Program-made: the position numbers and the translations under genes | In this document: positions 1 through 9,493 of the stretch, piece by piece | Numbering within the stretch: position 1 is the first letter of the stretch | Layout of the letters: each line of letters opens with the position of its first letter | The notes under the pieces: generated by a model | What the model was told of the DNA's origin: nothing | Seen by the model: the letters and a program-made list of their open reading frames with translations, nothing else | Databases searched by the model: none | Assembly (NCBI GenBank): GCA_965204725.1 | Contig: OZ242005.1 | Coordinates: 4,736,001 to 4,800,000 of the forward strand | From: Candidatus Latescibacterota bacterium | GTDB taxonomy: Bacteria; Latescibacterota; UBA2968; UBA8231 | Direction: 5' to 3' | DNA length: 64,000 nt

Positions 1-532
1 ACAAGGTCTCTAGGTGTTCGATGGACTTTTTGAAGTCGCCGACCTTGTGATACGCCACGGCCATGTTGAAGCGGGCACCGACGTGATCGGGCTGGATCGC
101 AATGACTTTTTCGAGGTATTCGAGGCCCTCGGCCTGACGCTCGGTGCGGCAGAGCAAGGTCCCTAACCCGGCCATCGCTTCGACCATCAGGGAATCCAGC
201 CGCAGGGCTTCCTCGTAGTGGTGCTTGGCCTCGCGGTCGTATCCTTGGCCGTGGAGCATGACCGCGAGGTTGCAATGGGCCTCGGCGTAGTTGGGGTCGA
301 GTTGCAATGCCTCGTTCAGCAGCCTTTTGGCCTCGTACTTTTGCCCGTCGTCAAAGTACGCGTTGGCGAGGAGGACGCGCAGTTGGGGGTTGTAGGGTTC
401 GATGGTGACCTTGGCGTTGAGGTAGCGGATCTTCTCTTTGGCCCAGAGGTTGTACCCCCGCTTATCTTGGCGCTGGGCCGGCCCCTCGCTACCGAGCAAG
501 GCCAGCAATAGCAACGCGAGTGCGGCTCTCAT
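1..532 (-). CDS. Tetratricopeptide-repeat protein with signal peptide (C-terminal part runs off the window)
   Basis: Not in the ORF track. Manual translation from ATG 532 (ATGA overlap with the upstream stop) gives MRAALALLLLALLG...LLANAYFDDGQKYEAKRLLNEALQLDPNYAEAHCNLAVML..., which has typical TPR helices and stays open to base 1. Confidence 0.8.
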   Translation of the reverse strand, partial: MRAALALLLLALLGSEGPAQRQDKRGYNLWAKEKIRYLNAKVTIEPYNPQLRVLLANAYFDDGQKYEAKRLLNEALQLDPNYAEAHCNLAVMLHGQGYDREAKHHYEEALRLDSLMVEAMAGLGTLLCRTERQAEGLEYLEKVIAIQPDHVGARFNMAVAYHKVGDFKKSIEHLETL

Positions 533-1818
533 GGTTGGAACTTCTGAATCCGATCATTGAACGTATCGGCCACATAAATGAACCCCTCGGCGTCGCGGGC
601 GATGCCACCGGCCACCACCTCGCGCTCGCCTTCTTCGCCCGTGGCCATATCGACGACGACTTGGATGCGGCCGGTGAAGCGGAACTGATCATCCCCTGCG
701 CCCTCCTCGCCCCAGCGCGTCAGGTAGTGCCCCCGGTGGAACACCTCAATGCGACTGTGGCCGGCATTGACCACGAAAGCCCGATCGGCCGCTTCATCGA
801 CGGCAAAGTCGGTGGGCCGCAGCAAAAGCCCGTTGCCGCGGTCTTGGTGCGATTTGGGATCGCGGCCGATGGCGCGGCTCGCCGAGGTGCGCTTGGGGTC
901 GTCGTACACGACGAGCCGAGGGGCCTGCCAGTCCCCGGTGCGTAGGGCCAGCGGCTCGATCAGCGCGGCAAAGTGCCCTTGCCAAAGCCGCAGACTGGCT
1001 ACCAGCAGGGCCGGTATCGCATACTGGACTTGCTGCTCGCCGGCTGGGTCGAATAGCTGCAACTGGCTAATGCTCTCGATGTAGATGTCCTCGCCGTTGA
1101 TGACGATGTGGCGGGCGAACAGCCCGGCTAGTGGGCGCGTCCACAACAGCTTTCCATCCGGGGCAAATTTCGCCCAAAAGGCTTCTGGCTTCTGGTTCGG
1201 GCGGTGCAGGTTGTACACCACGTAGAGGTGACCGGCGGCGTCGAGGGCCAGCGCCGGCCCATCCAACGCACTCGTTTCCATACAGGCCAGCGGCTCATCG
1301 GTATAGACCCATGGGTCTAAGGCGCGGCCCGAGCGGTCGACGCGGTCGACGCGCCCCGCGCCCGCGCCGACGACAAAGACCGTGCCCTTGCGGCTGAGGG
1401 CCAGCCGCGTGGGGGCCGTGCCCTCGGCCAGTGCCCAGTTTGCGACGCGGCGGTGGAATCCACCCGTGGCCGTCGTGCTGACCAGCTCGTGTACGGTCTC
1501 ATCCTCGCCGAAGAAGCTGACGACCCGGTAGGTGTACTGGGTGTTGGCCAACAGGCCGGCGTCTGTAAAGGTGGTGTCGGCGGCGGATTCCACGCGGGCG
1601 ATGGCCGCGAACTCACCCCCGGCAGCGCGCTGGATTTCACCGTAGAGAAAGCCCGCTGAAAACCCTCGACGCCAAGTTAGCTGCGCGGTGGCCGTCTCGC
1701 TGGAAAAGGTGGCTTTGAGCACGGGGGGGGCCGCAAGCCAAGGCGGAACCTTCTTGCTGGCGAAGGGGCCGACGCAGGCGACGAGTGCGGTGGCGAGGCA
1801 AAAGACGAGTCGATTCAT
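529..1818 (-). CDS. Exported FN3-like + NHL-repeat (beta-propeller) protein, probable lipoprotein
   Basis: Hydrophobic N-terminus with LVAC; FN3-like TTFTDAGLLANTQYTYRV; NHL motifs LRPTDFAVD and GGIARDAEGFIYVADTFNDRIQKF. Confidence 0.7.
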   Translation of the reverse strand: MNRLVFCLATALVACVGPFASKKVPPWLAAPPVLKATFSSETATAQLTWRRGFSAGFLYGEIQRAAGGEFAAIARVESAADTTFTDAGLLANTQYTYRVVSFFGEDETVHELVSTTATGGFHRRVANWALAEGTAPTRLALSRKGTVFVVGAGAGRVDRVDRSGRALDPWVYTDEPLACMETSALDGPALALDAAGHLYVVYNLHRPNQKPEAFWAKFAPDGKLLWTRPLAGLFARHIVINGEDIYIESISQLQLFDPAGEQQVQYAIPALLVASLRLWQGHFAALIEPLALRTGDWQAPRLVVYDDPKRTSASRAIGRDPKSHQDRGNGLLLRPTDFAVDEAADRAFVVNAGHSRIEVFHRGHYLTRWGEEGAGDDQFRFTGRIQVVVDMATGEEGEREVVAGGIARDAEGFIYVADTFNDRIQKFQP

Positions 1819-1867
1819 AGCGCAAAAGAGATAGGCCCGCCCTCCCGCAATGTCAAGGAATGTGGAA

Positions 1868-4033
1868 TTACCCCAGAATGAAAACGGTGTTGCCGATCTT
1901 GCCGCTAAAGTAGTCGATGACCAGCCACAGCCCGTTGCACAGGGCCTCGCCCATGATCAGGCCCATAAAGAAATGCTGGCTCGCCCGATAGTGCGCCGCC
2001 CCGCCAAAACGCAAAATGAGCTTCTTGAGCACCCAAGCTAAGAGCACGCAAGACCAGATTTTGTCGAGCATGAAGTTCGCGCCAACTGGGAAGCCGATTG
2101 GATGGAAGGGCCACCACAAAAGGTGCTGCCGTGCCCAAGTCAGCAGGACCATGACCACGGCTCCACCAGCGAAGAATGCCAATCCCAACCCGTCGGCCCC
2201 GGCTGGCTCTAGGGTGCGCTGGGCGGCGTTGTAGATGGTCGCTGGGCCGCCGTGAAAACGCCAGCTATCGAGGTTGATGCCCCCGTACTTGTAGGCGAGG
2301 TAGAAGACCATCCAGCCGGAGCCGGCCGCGCCGATAAAGACGGCCGCGACCACCGCCCAGAACACGACTCGCCGACTGCGGCGGTCCATGTTTTGGATCA
2401 GCTTCAATCCATTGGCGACCATGGCCAGCAGGAAGATGCGGATGTCGGCCGACCAGATATAGGATAGGGAGAGGTTGAAGACGCCAGCCGCCCCGATCGT
2501 CTGCGAGCCGATGCCCTGCACGATGAGGTCTGGAGCGATCATGGGCGAGCGCACGGCCGCTAACCCCGCTTCGCACACGACCCGTGCGATGCCGATAAAC
2601 ACCAACAGGGCCACCGCCGCAAAGAGCGCGCCGACCCAGAGCGGGGTCCCCATCAGCCACAGCCAACCGGCGATGCCCCCGGTGCCGAAGAACACTCCGA
2701 GCACGGCCGTGCGATAGGACGCGATTTCGTCGCCGTCGTCTATATCTACATGGCGGCTGAGCGCCTTGCGCCATACGTCCCGCAAGTGGCCGCGCCCAGC
2801 CCACAGCCCCAAGACCACCATGGCGATGAGGGCGCCGCCGCCCTGATAGGCCAAGAGCGGCTCGTGCGCGACCCCATAGACAAATTTGCTAGTGGATTTG
2901 AGGCCGGATAGGGCGAGGAACTCGGCTTCGACCTTGGACAGCAGATAGAAAATCCATATCCCGGCCGCTATTTGGGTACTAATGAGATAGGAAAAGCCAA
3001 CGAGCGCGAAACTGATCCAGATTTGCAGGCTCTGCTGGCCGATAAACGACGGCACCGACCAAATCAGGCCGAAGCTGGGCAAGGACGGGTAGTATTGGTG
3101 CAGGGCCTTGAGGCTGCCATAGGCGAGCGGCACGGCCGCGCCCCACCACAAGACCCCGCGTTTGAGAAAGCCGTTGACCAGCCCGGTGCCGCGCTCGCCT
3201 TGCACGATGGCCACCCCGAGTTGAGTCAGCGGATAAGCCAGCCGCTCGTGCTCGACCCACTGCCGGCGCAAAATCACGGCCGTCGATACCATGGCCACGT
3301 ACAGCGAGAGGAGCAGCAAGGCCCACCAGCCCAGCGGCTCGACCCAAGCGGCGTAGGGAATGTCGGCGGCCGCACTGCCCTCGTAAAAGCCGTGGTTGCC
3401 CGCCCCATCATCAACGAGGATGCGCTTTGCCGGAAAGAGCGGAAAGAGCTTTTCGGCCCATTGGTTGGCTGGGGAGGCGTAGTAGAAAATGCCGGTGAGG
3501 GCCGGCAAAAGTTGCTGGGTTAGCCCCATGGTGCAAAGGGCGGAGACGACCAGCAACATCACGTACACCAGCACGAGCTCGGCGCGGTTGAGCGCGAGGG
3601 TCCCGCCGCGCTGTACCACCGGCACGTTCCACACCGCCGACAGGACGAGGAAAGCCCCAAACCAAAAACCGGGCGAGTACCAATCGACCGCACCCCGGCT
3701 GATCCAATAGCTGCAAAAGCCGCTGGTGGTCAGCAGGGCTAGCCCCACCGCTAGGCGGAAGTCGCGGGCCGTGAGCTTAAAGAGCGTATTGAGCAAGCCG
3801 ACCAGCACCAAAAACAGAAAGATGGCCCCCGGAGTATTGAAGTCGAAGGCCATGTTGGTCGCTCGCATCGCCATGTTGGCATAGGGCGCACCAATGGACA
3901 GGAAGAAGCTGAGGAACGAACCGACCCAAAAGCCGCGCAGCGTCAGATGAGAGCGGCCGGCGGCATCGGTGAGTTCGGCGTCTTGGCCGCCCGCGAGATG
4001 TCGGCCATAAGGGGCGGGGAGCGATCTATTCAC
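1868..4033 (-). CDS. Multi-pass membrane protein, DUF6785/DUF6784-type (OPT-like putative peptide transporter)
   Basis: Many TM segments; family motifs ILRRQWVEHERLAYPL and WWPFHPIGF. Start placed at GTG 4033, which overlaps the upstream TGA (GTGA). Confidence 0.7.
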   Translation of the reverse strand: MNRSLPAPYGRHLAGGQDAELTDAAGRSHLTLRGFWVGSFLSFFLSIGAPYANMAMRATNMAFDFNTPGAIFLFLVLVGLLNTLFKLTARDFRLAVGLALLTTSGFCSYWISRGAVDWYSPGFWFGAFLVLSAVWNVPVVQRGGTLALNRAELVLVYVMLLVVSALCTMGLTQQLLPALTGIFYYASPANQWAEKLFPLFPAKRILVDDGAGNHGFYEGSAAADIPYAAWVEPLGWWALLLLSLYVAMVSTAVILRRQWVEHERLAYPLTQLGVAIVQGERGTGLVNGFLKRGVLWWGAAVPLAYGSLKALHQYYPSLPSFGLIWSVPSFIGQQSLQIWISFALVGFSYLISTQIAAGIWIFYLLSKVEAEFLALSGLKSTSKFVYGVAHEPLLAYQGGGALIAMVVLGLWAGRGHLRDVWRKALSRHVDIDDGDEIASYRTAVLGVFFGTGGIAGWLWLMGTPLWVGALFAAVALLVFIGIARVVCEAGLAAVRSPMIAPDLIVQGIGSQTIGAAGVFNLSLSYIWSADIRIFLLAMVANGLKLIQNMDRRSRRVVFWAVVAAVFIGAAGSGWMVFYLAYKYGGINLDSWRFHGGPATIYNAAQRTLEPAGADGLGLAFFAGGAVVMVLLTWARQHLLWWPFHPIGFPVGANFMLDKIWSCVLLAWVLKKLILRFGGAAHYRASQHFFMGLIMGEALCNGLWLVIDYFSGKIGNTVFILG

Positions 4034-6672
4034 CGCACAGTTTGGGGCTTGACTGCGCAGGTGGGGCAGACGTGCCGCAGGTGTTCGCGCCGCACCTGCC
4101 ACAGGTCGAGGGCCTTCACTAATTCGCATTCGGCCTGCCCGACCTTGCCCCGCCGCTGCAACTTTCTCCGGTCCAGTGTTGAGTCCAGCTTGTGGGTTGG
4201 GACCGGGCAGGGGCCGTTGCGAAAGGCCAGCCCCAAGACCTCGCTGGCGGTCCCGTCCTCGCGCACGATCCGGTCCTTGAGGGCAAAGGACTCAATGCAG
4301 CCGCAGGGCACGGACAATTCGGCTACGTGGTAGGCCGTGCTGGTATCGTGGGTAGTGCCCAGCGCGAGGATGTAGCCACCGCCGTGGACCAATTGGCCGA
4401 TTGGACTGTCTGGGGCCCAGATGCCCGCTTCGAGGTGCCTGTGGCAATAGTCGCTGGCCCGCGGCCCAATCGCCGCCACCGCGTGGGTGGGATGCATGCT
4501 GCGCACGGCCTCGGGCCGCCGCCACAGCGCGTCTGGAATCGCGCCATTGGTGGTAGGCGTAGTCAATGGGTTAAAGACCGTTGCCGCGCGGTGATTGAAC
4601 GAAGGCGCCAGCAGGGTCCCCCGCTTACCGACCGCCTGCAAGAGCGCATCGACGACGGTCTCGGCCCCGCCCTCGACAAAGCCAATGGCCGATAGCGAGC
4701 TGTGTACCATCAAGTCCATGCCCGGGGTGACGCCCAAGCGGCGCAAGTCTCTGACCAGTTCCTGGCGGCCGATCATATTGGCCGGATCAATCAGCTCGGC
4801 ATAGCCCAATTCGGCGTGTGCGGCAAAGTACTCGTACACCCGATCGACGGCGACCGGACCATCCGTCCGCGGCCCGGCCTGATAGTCGGCTTCTTCGCAG
4901 GCGATGCACTCGGCGATTTCACCCACATTCCGGCGTCCATCCGCCCAAAACAAGGCCCACGGCGCAAGCTGGGTGGCCGCAATGCGCGCGTTGATCGCGG
5001 CGGGCGCGTTTTCGGCTGTCGGCGAGAGCACGGCCGTGCGCCGTGGCACCAGCCGGGCTTGGGCCGTGCGCCGCGCTCGCTTGCCCGGTCTCGCGGCCGC
5101 GGCGGCCGCGGCTGACACGTGCCGCTCGCCAGCGTCCATGGCCGCCAAGACTTCGCGCCGATGGCCTCCCCAGAGCCAGCGCGTGAGCCGCCGTACACTG
5201 CGGCTGTGCGCCTCGCGCACGTATTCGGCCTCGGCTCGGGGCCGTTCTTTCTTTTTTAATACGGAAAGAAAGTGCTGCGTTTCGGTGCGGACCAGTTCCT
5301 CTACCTCGCGGCTGCCCATGTCGGCCAAGTAGTACAGATAGGCCGCCATTGAGGCCGCGCAGGTCTCCAGTCCCCGCGGGCTGAGCAGTGCTTCCACGTC
5401 GGCCGAGGAGTGGTAAGCGTCGAAGCCGCGCCCGCTCTGGCGGTGATGCGTGGTGATCCAAGGGCAGGGAAATCCATACTGAGGGTCGCCGATCAAGGTG
5501 TCAGACGTCGACATGAATCGCTCTAGATGCACTCGATAGCCCGGCTTGTGTTGCCGCACCCCGGCCCGCAAGATCGCTGCGCCCACCCGGTCGACGAAAC
5601 CAGCCGACATGGGGATCGTCGCGTGCCACTCCAAGCGGCCATTGCAGACAGCGGGCTGGGAGCCAACTGTGTCGATACACGCGCCGGCCAAGGGAGTCTG
5701 CAAGCGCCGCACCCGCTCTAGATAGGCAAAGAACCCGTAGCACTCATAGGCGTTGACTAGGCGAATGGTGCGCTTGGGGCGCGCGAGTTTTCCCGCCGCA
5801 ATAAGCCCTTCGATCACGCGGGCGATCTCCAAGGTGATGGCCACGCCCGAAGCGTTGTCTATGGCCCCCGGCTCGGCACTGTGCGCGATGGCCCACACTT
5901 CGTCCTGTGGGTCGTCTGCTCCCTCGATGAGTCCGCAGACCACGTCGTGGCTGCCGACGTATTTGCGGATGTCGGCTCTTACGTGCAGGGTGAGGGGACC
6001 GTGCTGCTGCGCTAGCTGCCGCAGCCGCGCCCCCTGCTGCTCCGAGATCGCAAAGCCCACCAACCGCGCCGCCGCATGTTCTAGGGGAATCGCGCCCCAC
6101 CCGAATTTGGTCCACGCCACTGCGCTGGGCAGGTTGGGCACTGGCCGGTCGGTGATGACTGCGGCGGCCCCTTTTGCGGCCAAAAGCCCTAAGTGGGCGC
6201 GTGGATCGAGCTTGGTGAGCACAATCGCACCCGTGAGTCCGTCGATTGGCTGGCGTTGGATGTCTTCTACTTGGTCGAGAATCACCAGCCGCAGCCGCAA
6301 GCCGCAGGCCGGGGTCGCCGCGCTCCACTGGATGACGTGCCAAGGATTCTCCTGCCAATCCAGCACTCGCTCGGCGAGCGGATGCACTACATCCACGGTC
6401 GCGCCCGCGACATCGGCGGCCTCGCGGATGATCCACCGGCCCGACCCAAGACGCCCGCCGGTCTGGATGGACTCGACCTCCACGCGGACGCCAGCGGCCT
6501 CGTAGCGGTTCGTTAGCGTGGCCGTTGTTTCGCCGAAGCGATCAAACGAATTCCACCGATCGGTCTGCACCACGTCTCGCACGGCCGCCATGATCTTCTG
6601 CCCACTCGCCTGTTGCAACATCAGCGGCAGGGTTTGGCGACAGAGCTGCTGCAATGATTTTGGGCTAGGCAT
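4030..6672 (-). CDS. Fusion of an M28/DUF4910-like peptidase domain (with PA and HTH regions) and an AAC(3)/YokD-family acetyltransferase
   Basis: AHSAEPGAIDNASGVA and TSDT..GDP in the N-terminal part; LGVTPGMDLMVHSSLS, RSMHPTHAVAAIG and TAYHVAE in the C-terminal ~250 aa. Confidence 0.75.
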   Translation of the reverse strand: MPSPKSLQQLCRQTLPLMLQQASGQKIMAAVRDVVQTDRWNSFDRFGETTATLTNRYEAAGVRVEVESIQTGGRLGSGRWIIREAADVAGATVDVVHPLAERVLDWQENPWHVIQWSAATPACGLRLRLVILDQVEDIQRQPIDGLTGAIVLTKLDPRAHLGLLAAKGAAAVITDRPVPNLPSAVAWTKFGWGAIPLEHAAARLVGFAISEQQGARLRQLAQQHGPLTLHVRADIRKYVGSHDVVCGLIEGADDPQDEVWAIAHSAEPGAIDNASGVAITLEIARVIEGLIAAGKLARPKRTIRLVNAYECYGFFAYLERVRRLQTPLAGACIDTVGSQPAVCNGRLEWHATIPMSAGFVDRVGAAILRAGVRQHKPGYRVHLERFMSTSDTLIGDPQYGFPCPWITTHHRQSGRGFDAYHSSADVEALLSPRGLETCAASMAAYLYYLADMGSREVEELVRTETQHFLSVLKKKERPRAEAEYVREAHSRSVRRLTRWLWGGHRREVLAAMDAGERHVSAAAAAAARPGKRARRTAQARLVPRRTAVLSPTAENAPAAINARIAATQLAPWALFWADGRRNVGEIAECIACEEADYQAGPRTDGPVAVDRVYEYFAAHAELGYAELIDPANMIGRQELVRDLRRLGVTPGMDLMVHSSLSAIGFVEGGAETVVDALLQAVGKRGTLLAPSFNHRAATVFNPLTTPTTNGAIPDALWRRPEAVRSMHPTHAVAAIGPRASDYCHRHLEAGIWAPDSPIGQLVHGGGYILALGTTHDTSTAYHVAELSVPCGCIESFALKDRIVREDGTASEVLGLAFRNGPCPVPTHKLDSTLDRRKLQRRGKVGQAECELVKALDLWQVRREHLRHVCPTCAVKPQTVR

Positions 6673-6922
6673 GATTTCCTCCGGTTCGGTTGGGTATGTC
6701 CCCTATTCATGGCGGCTAGGCGGCTATATTGTAACAAGAATTTCGCGGTTGGGAAAATTTTACTTGATTACACCGCTTTGAACTTGACTGAGGGCGAACC
6801 GTCAGATACTTTGCTCGTCACAGGCTCTTTGGAAAGAGAGGTGCGTGTTTCTTGCCGGAAATCGCGAGCCAACCTAACTGGAGGGCCTGACTCATTTCAA
6901 GGCCCATTCGGCTTGTCCTTTT

Positions 6923-6949
6923 CTGGATTCCCGCTTTCGCGGGAATGAC
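6923..6949 (-). repeat. Stand-alone REP/dRS3-like palindrome GTCATTCCCGCGAAAGCGGGAATCCAG
   Basis: Exact reverse complement of the motif inside the MITEs (8865-8891); fits ATTCCC-N8-GGGAAT. Confidence 0.8.
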
Positions 6950-7061
6950 GCCTCGCGTCGTCAGGCAAGACGAGCCAAAAGCAACATGAGTGTTAGAACG
7001 CTTCTAACGGCTCTTCCACGCAGCAACGCCGTTGTCATCCACATTAAGGAATAGTTCCCAA

Positions 7062-7916
7062 ATGACGTACGACCCCGATTCGGTGCGACAGTACTTTGAT
7101 GAGTTTTCCGAGCGCGAATGGGATCGGCTCTCTAATTCTATACAAGGAAGAATCAAGTACAGAATTCATCGCCAATTCCTCGAGAAATTCGTCCGCCCTG
7201 AGATGCATGTACTGGATGCTGGATGTGGTCCGGGTCGGTTCGCGATCGATCTAATTAAACTGGGTGCTAATGTTACTCTTGTTGACTTGTCCAATGTACA
7301 ACTTGAGCTTGCTCGAAGCCACTTGAGCAAAGCCAACTTGCTACAGAGGGCCACAGCGATTCAGCAAGGAGATATCACACGCCTTGATACCATCGACGAT
7401 TCGACATTTGATGTTACCGTTTGCTACGGTTCCACAATATCATATACCTGCCAAGAATTTCCTCGGGCACTTGAGGAACTGATGCGCGTAACGCGGCCCG
7501 ACGGACACATAATTGCGAGCGTAACTTCACTGTTTGGCACTCTGCGGCTTGTGGGGCCTCTTGACGCTCGCGACTTCATCCGCTCGGCTGACTGTCACCT
7601 AGACTGGAAAGCCGTATTGTCGGGAGAACAAATCGCGTACACCAAGTCGGGATCTCCTGAGTTTCACCAACCGATGGTCCTATTCACGTCCGCCGGTTTT
7701 CTCTCAGTACTTGAGGACGCTGGCCTGACGGTTATAGAAATGGCCAGTTCTAATCCAATCGTACCATCTTTTACTTCTGTTTCATCAATTGCAGAAAGCG
7801 CGAGCGCCTCAGCAGAACTTGAGCGTTTGGAACTTGCCACCTGCAAGGCCCCAGGGCTGTTGGATGCTGGTGAACATTTGATCGCTGTTGCCAAGAAGAC
7901 CAGCGTTGGAAGCTAG
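7062..7916 (+). CDS. Class I SAM-dependent methyltransferase
   Basis: VLDAGCGPG motif I; ATG 7062 follows AAGGA; visibly lower GC than the flanks. Confidence 0.85.
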   Translation: MTYDPDSVRQYFDEFSEREWDRLSNSIQGRIKYRIHRQFLEKFVRPEMHVLDAGCGPGRFAIDLIKLGANVTLVDLSNVQLELARSHLSKANLLQRATAIQQGDITRLDTIDDSTFDVTVCYGSTISYTCQEFPRALEELMRVTRPDGHIIASVTSLFGTLRLVGPLDARDFIRSADCHLDWKAVLSGEQIAYTKSGSPEFHQPMVLFTSAGFLSVLEDAGLTVIEMASSNPIVPSFTSVSSIAESASASAELERLELATCKAPGLLDAGEHLIAVAKKTSVGS

Positions 7917-8056
7917 TAGCAGCCGCTGGCGTCTAGGGGGCGGGAATCCAGTCTTGAAGGATGTAGGATTGCTATAACAAGGCGTGGTAACAGCCGCATC
8001 TGCTTGCAGCAGGTGGGGACCGAGCGGCCCCCGGCTTAGGGTGCTTTTGTAGGCGG

Positions 8057-8617
8057 TCAACGCGCCCCAAAAATCTCGTTCAGATCAACGGCGAAGCCTT
8101 CAAGCGTCGGCGAGGTCAGCGTCTGTCCTTCGCCGTACAGGCCCACCACCTCGAAAGCACCCCCATCCAGCCGCAGCACCGTCACTGTCCGGGCATCTGG
8201 ATCGACCAGCCAGTATTCCCGCACCCCGTGTTTCGCATACAGGGCGCGTTTGAGCGTCCGGTCTCGCCCAGCCGTGGAAGGCGAGAGGATTTCTACGACC
8301 AAGTCCGGTGCGCCGAGGACATTCGTGCCGCCGAGCAACAGGTGCGCTCGCTCGTGGGAGACGAACAGTAGGTCTGGCTGAACTACGTCTGTATTCGACA
8401 ATACTACGTCGCAGGGGGCGAAAAAGACCTCGCCTAGCCCCCTCTCCGTCACGAATTGAGCGAGTCTCCATCCCAATTGGGTGCCAATTCGCTGATGTCC
8501 TACGTTGGGCGCGGGGGCCATGATCAATTCTCCGTCCAATAACTCGTAGCGTTGGTCATCCGGGGTGTGCTGATAGTCCTCATAGGTGAACTTGACAGCC
8601 GGCGTGGGACTGAGCAT
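8057..8617 (-). CDS. Uma2 family (PD-(D/E)XK-like) endonuclease
   Basis: RYELLDGEL, VQPDL, GAPDLVVEILSPST, KRALYAKHGVREYWLVDP. Confidence 0.92.
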   Translation of the reverse strand: MLSPTPAVKFTYEDYQHTPDDQRYELLDGELIMAPAPNVGHQRIGTQLGWRLAQFVTERGLGEVFFAPCDVVLSNTDVVQPDLLFVSHERAHLLLGGTNVLGAPDLVVEILSPSTAGRDRTLKRALYAKHGVREYWLVDPDARTVTVLRLDGGAFEVVGLYGEGQTLTSPTLEGFAVDLNEIFGAR

Positions 8618-8701
8618 GGCAACCCTCCTCTCTTGTTGTTTGATTGCGCGACATGCGAATTTCCTTTCAGCGAAAAATATACAAAAATAAAATCCCTCGA
8701 C

Positions 8702-8975
8702 CTAAATACGCGACACCTATTTTGCGTATGCCTTTTCTGCTGTTTCCGCTACGTCCGGGATCGAGGGCGTCCCGCCCTCGACGAGGGCAAGATGCCCTCG
8801 ATCCTTAGAGGCTGTCTGAAAACCCACCTTGGGTCCTGTTGAACACGCCGTAGAGACAGGATCCGTCATTCCCGCGAAAGCGGGAATCCAGCCGGGATCG
8901 TTGAGACGCAAAGGACGACCACCAGAGTTTTCAGACAGCTTCTTAGAAAGTTGGAGGCTAGTGTCGTGTAGTGAG
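8702..8975. repeat. Composite intergenic repeat, copy 1: terminal motifs, 48-bp double-hairpin core (8757-8804) and a nested MITE
   Basis: Core GGGATCGAGGGCGTCCCGCCCTCGACGAGGGCAAGATGCCCTCGATCC recurs five times in the window. The ends CTAAATACGCGACACC / CTAGTGTCGTGTAGTGAG form an imperfect inverted repeat. Confidence 0.85.
8808..8942. mobile_element. 135-bp MITE with IS5-family (IS1031-group-like) ends
   Basis: TIRs GAGGCTGTCTGAAAAC ... GTTTTCAGACAGCTTC, flanked on both sides by TTA (8805-8807 and 8943-8945). Confidence 0.8.
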
Positions 8976-9056
8976 CCCTCAACACAGATTCGCCCCGCTC
9001 TCCCCTTCAACGGCCCTCTATTGCCCGCACAAGACTCGTCGCGCACCGCTTGCAAC

Positions 9057-9100
9057 AAAAAACGGGGAGCTAGCGGACGAAACCGTCCACCAACTCCCCG
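9057..9100 (-). terminator. Intrinsic terminator downstream of the 84-aa gene
   Basis: Minus strand reads CGGGGAGTTGGTGGACG-GTTT-CGTCCGCTAGCTCCCCG followed by T6. Confidence 0.85.
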
Positions 9101-9127
9101 CTGGCCGAGCGCGGTATGCGATGCCTA

Positions 9128-9382
9128 TTAGTTGAGGTTGAGGACCTCCTCTAGCGCATCGATCTCTTGCAGGTCTAGGTCGACGTCTAAGAGATCGGCT
9201 TCGCGGTGGCGGTAGAACTCCTCGCGCCGCCGGCGCTTGCGCGCATAGGGGGTCTCGATGTTGTAGAGCCGGCAGAGCCGGCTGAAACTGCCCGGGGCAA
9301 TGCCCAGCGCACGGCTAGCTTCTTGGTTGCTCGCGTAGATGCGGGCCGCGCGCTTGATGCGTTCTGGCTCGATTTTGCGCAT
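9128..9382 (-). CDS. Small putative helix-turn-helix DNA-binding protein
   Basis: SNQEASRALGIAPGSFSRLCRLY is HTH-like; Arg-rich then acidic tail; GGAGA RBS; own terminator. Confidence 0.65.
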   Translation of the reverse strand: MRKIEPERIKRAARIYASNQEASRALGIAPGSFSRLCRLYNIETPYARKRRRREEFYRHREADLLDVDLDLQEIDALEEVLNLN

Positions 9383-9470
9383 GAGTTGCTTCTCTCCAGA
9401 TCTTCAATTGGTGCGAAGTTCGACGAAATTCAACGAAAAAAAGCCGCAGCATTTTCGCGCCACGGCCATC

Positions 9471-9493
9471 AAAAAAGCCGCTGGAAAGCGGCT
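9471..9493 (-). terminator. Terminator-like hairpin in the leader of the 84-aa gene
   Basis: Minus strand AGCCGC-TTTCCA-GCGGCT-TTTTT, about 90 nt upstream of the ATG. Confidence 0.55.

Noticed and set aside
4030-4780. Acquired aminoglycoside resistance gene
   Set aside because: The domain is fused to a peptidase-like protein, has host-like GC and lacks a mobile context.
8757-8804. Recurrent palindromic 48-mer as a CRISPR repeat
   Set aside because: Copies are dispersed kilobases apart, with no spacer array and no cas genes.
8809-8822. AGGCTGTCTGAAAA resembling a Neisseriaceae DNA uptake sequence
   Set aside because: It occurs only as MITE termini and is not dispersed through the window.
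8552-9131. ORFs containing DRGHLALVEGGTPSIP or VIPAKAGI (also at 29973-30296, 46492-46983 and the N-terminal extension 52111-52308)
   Set aside because: These are translations of the palindromic repeat/MITE, not genes.
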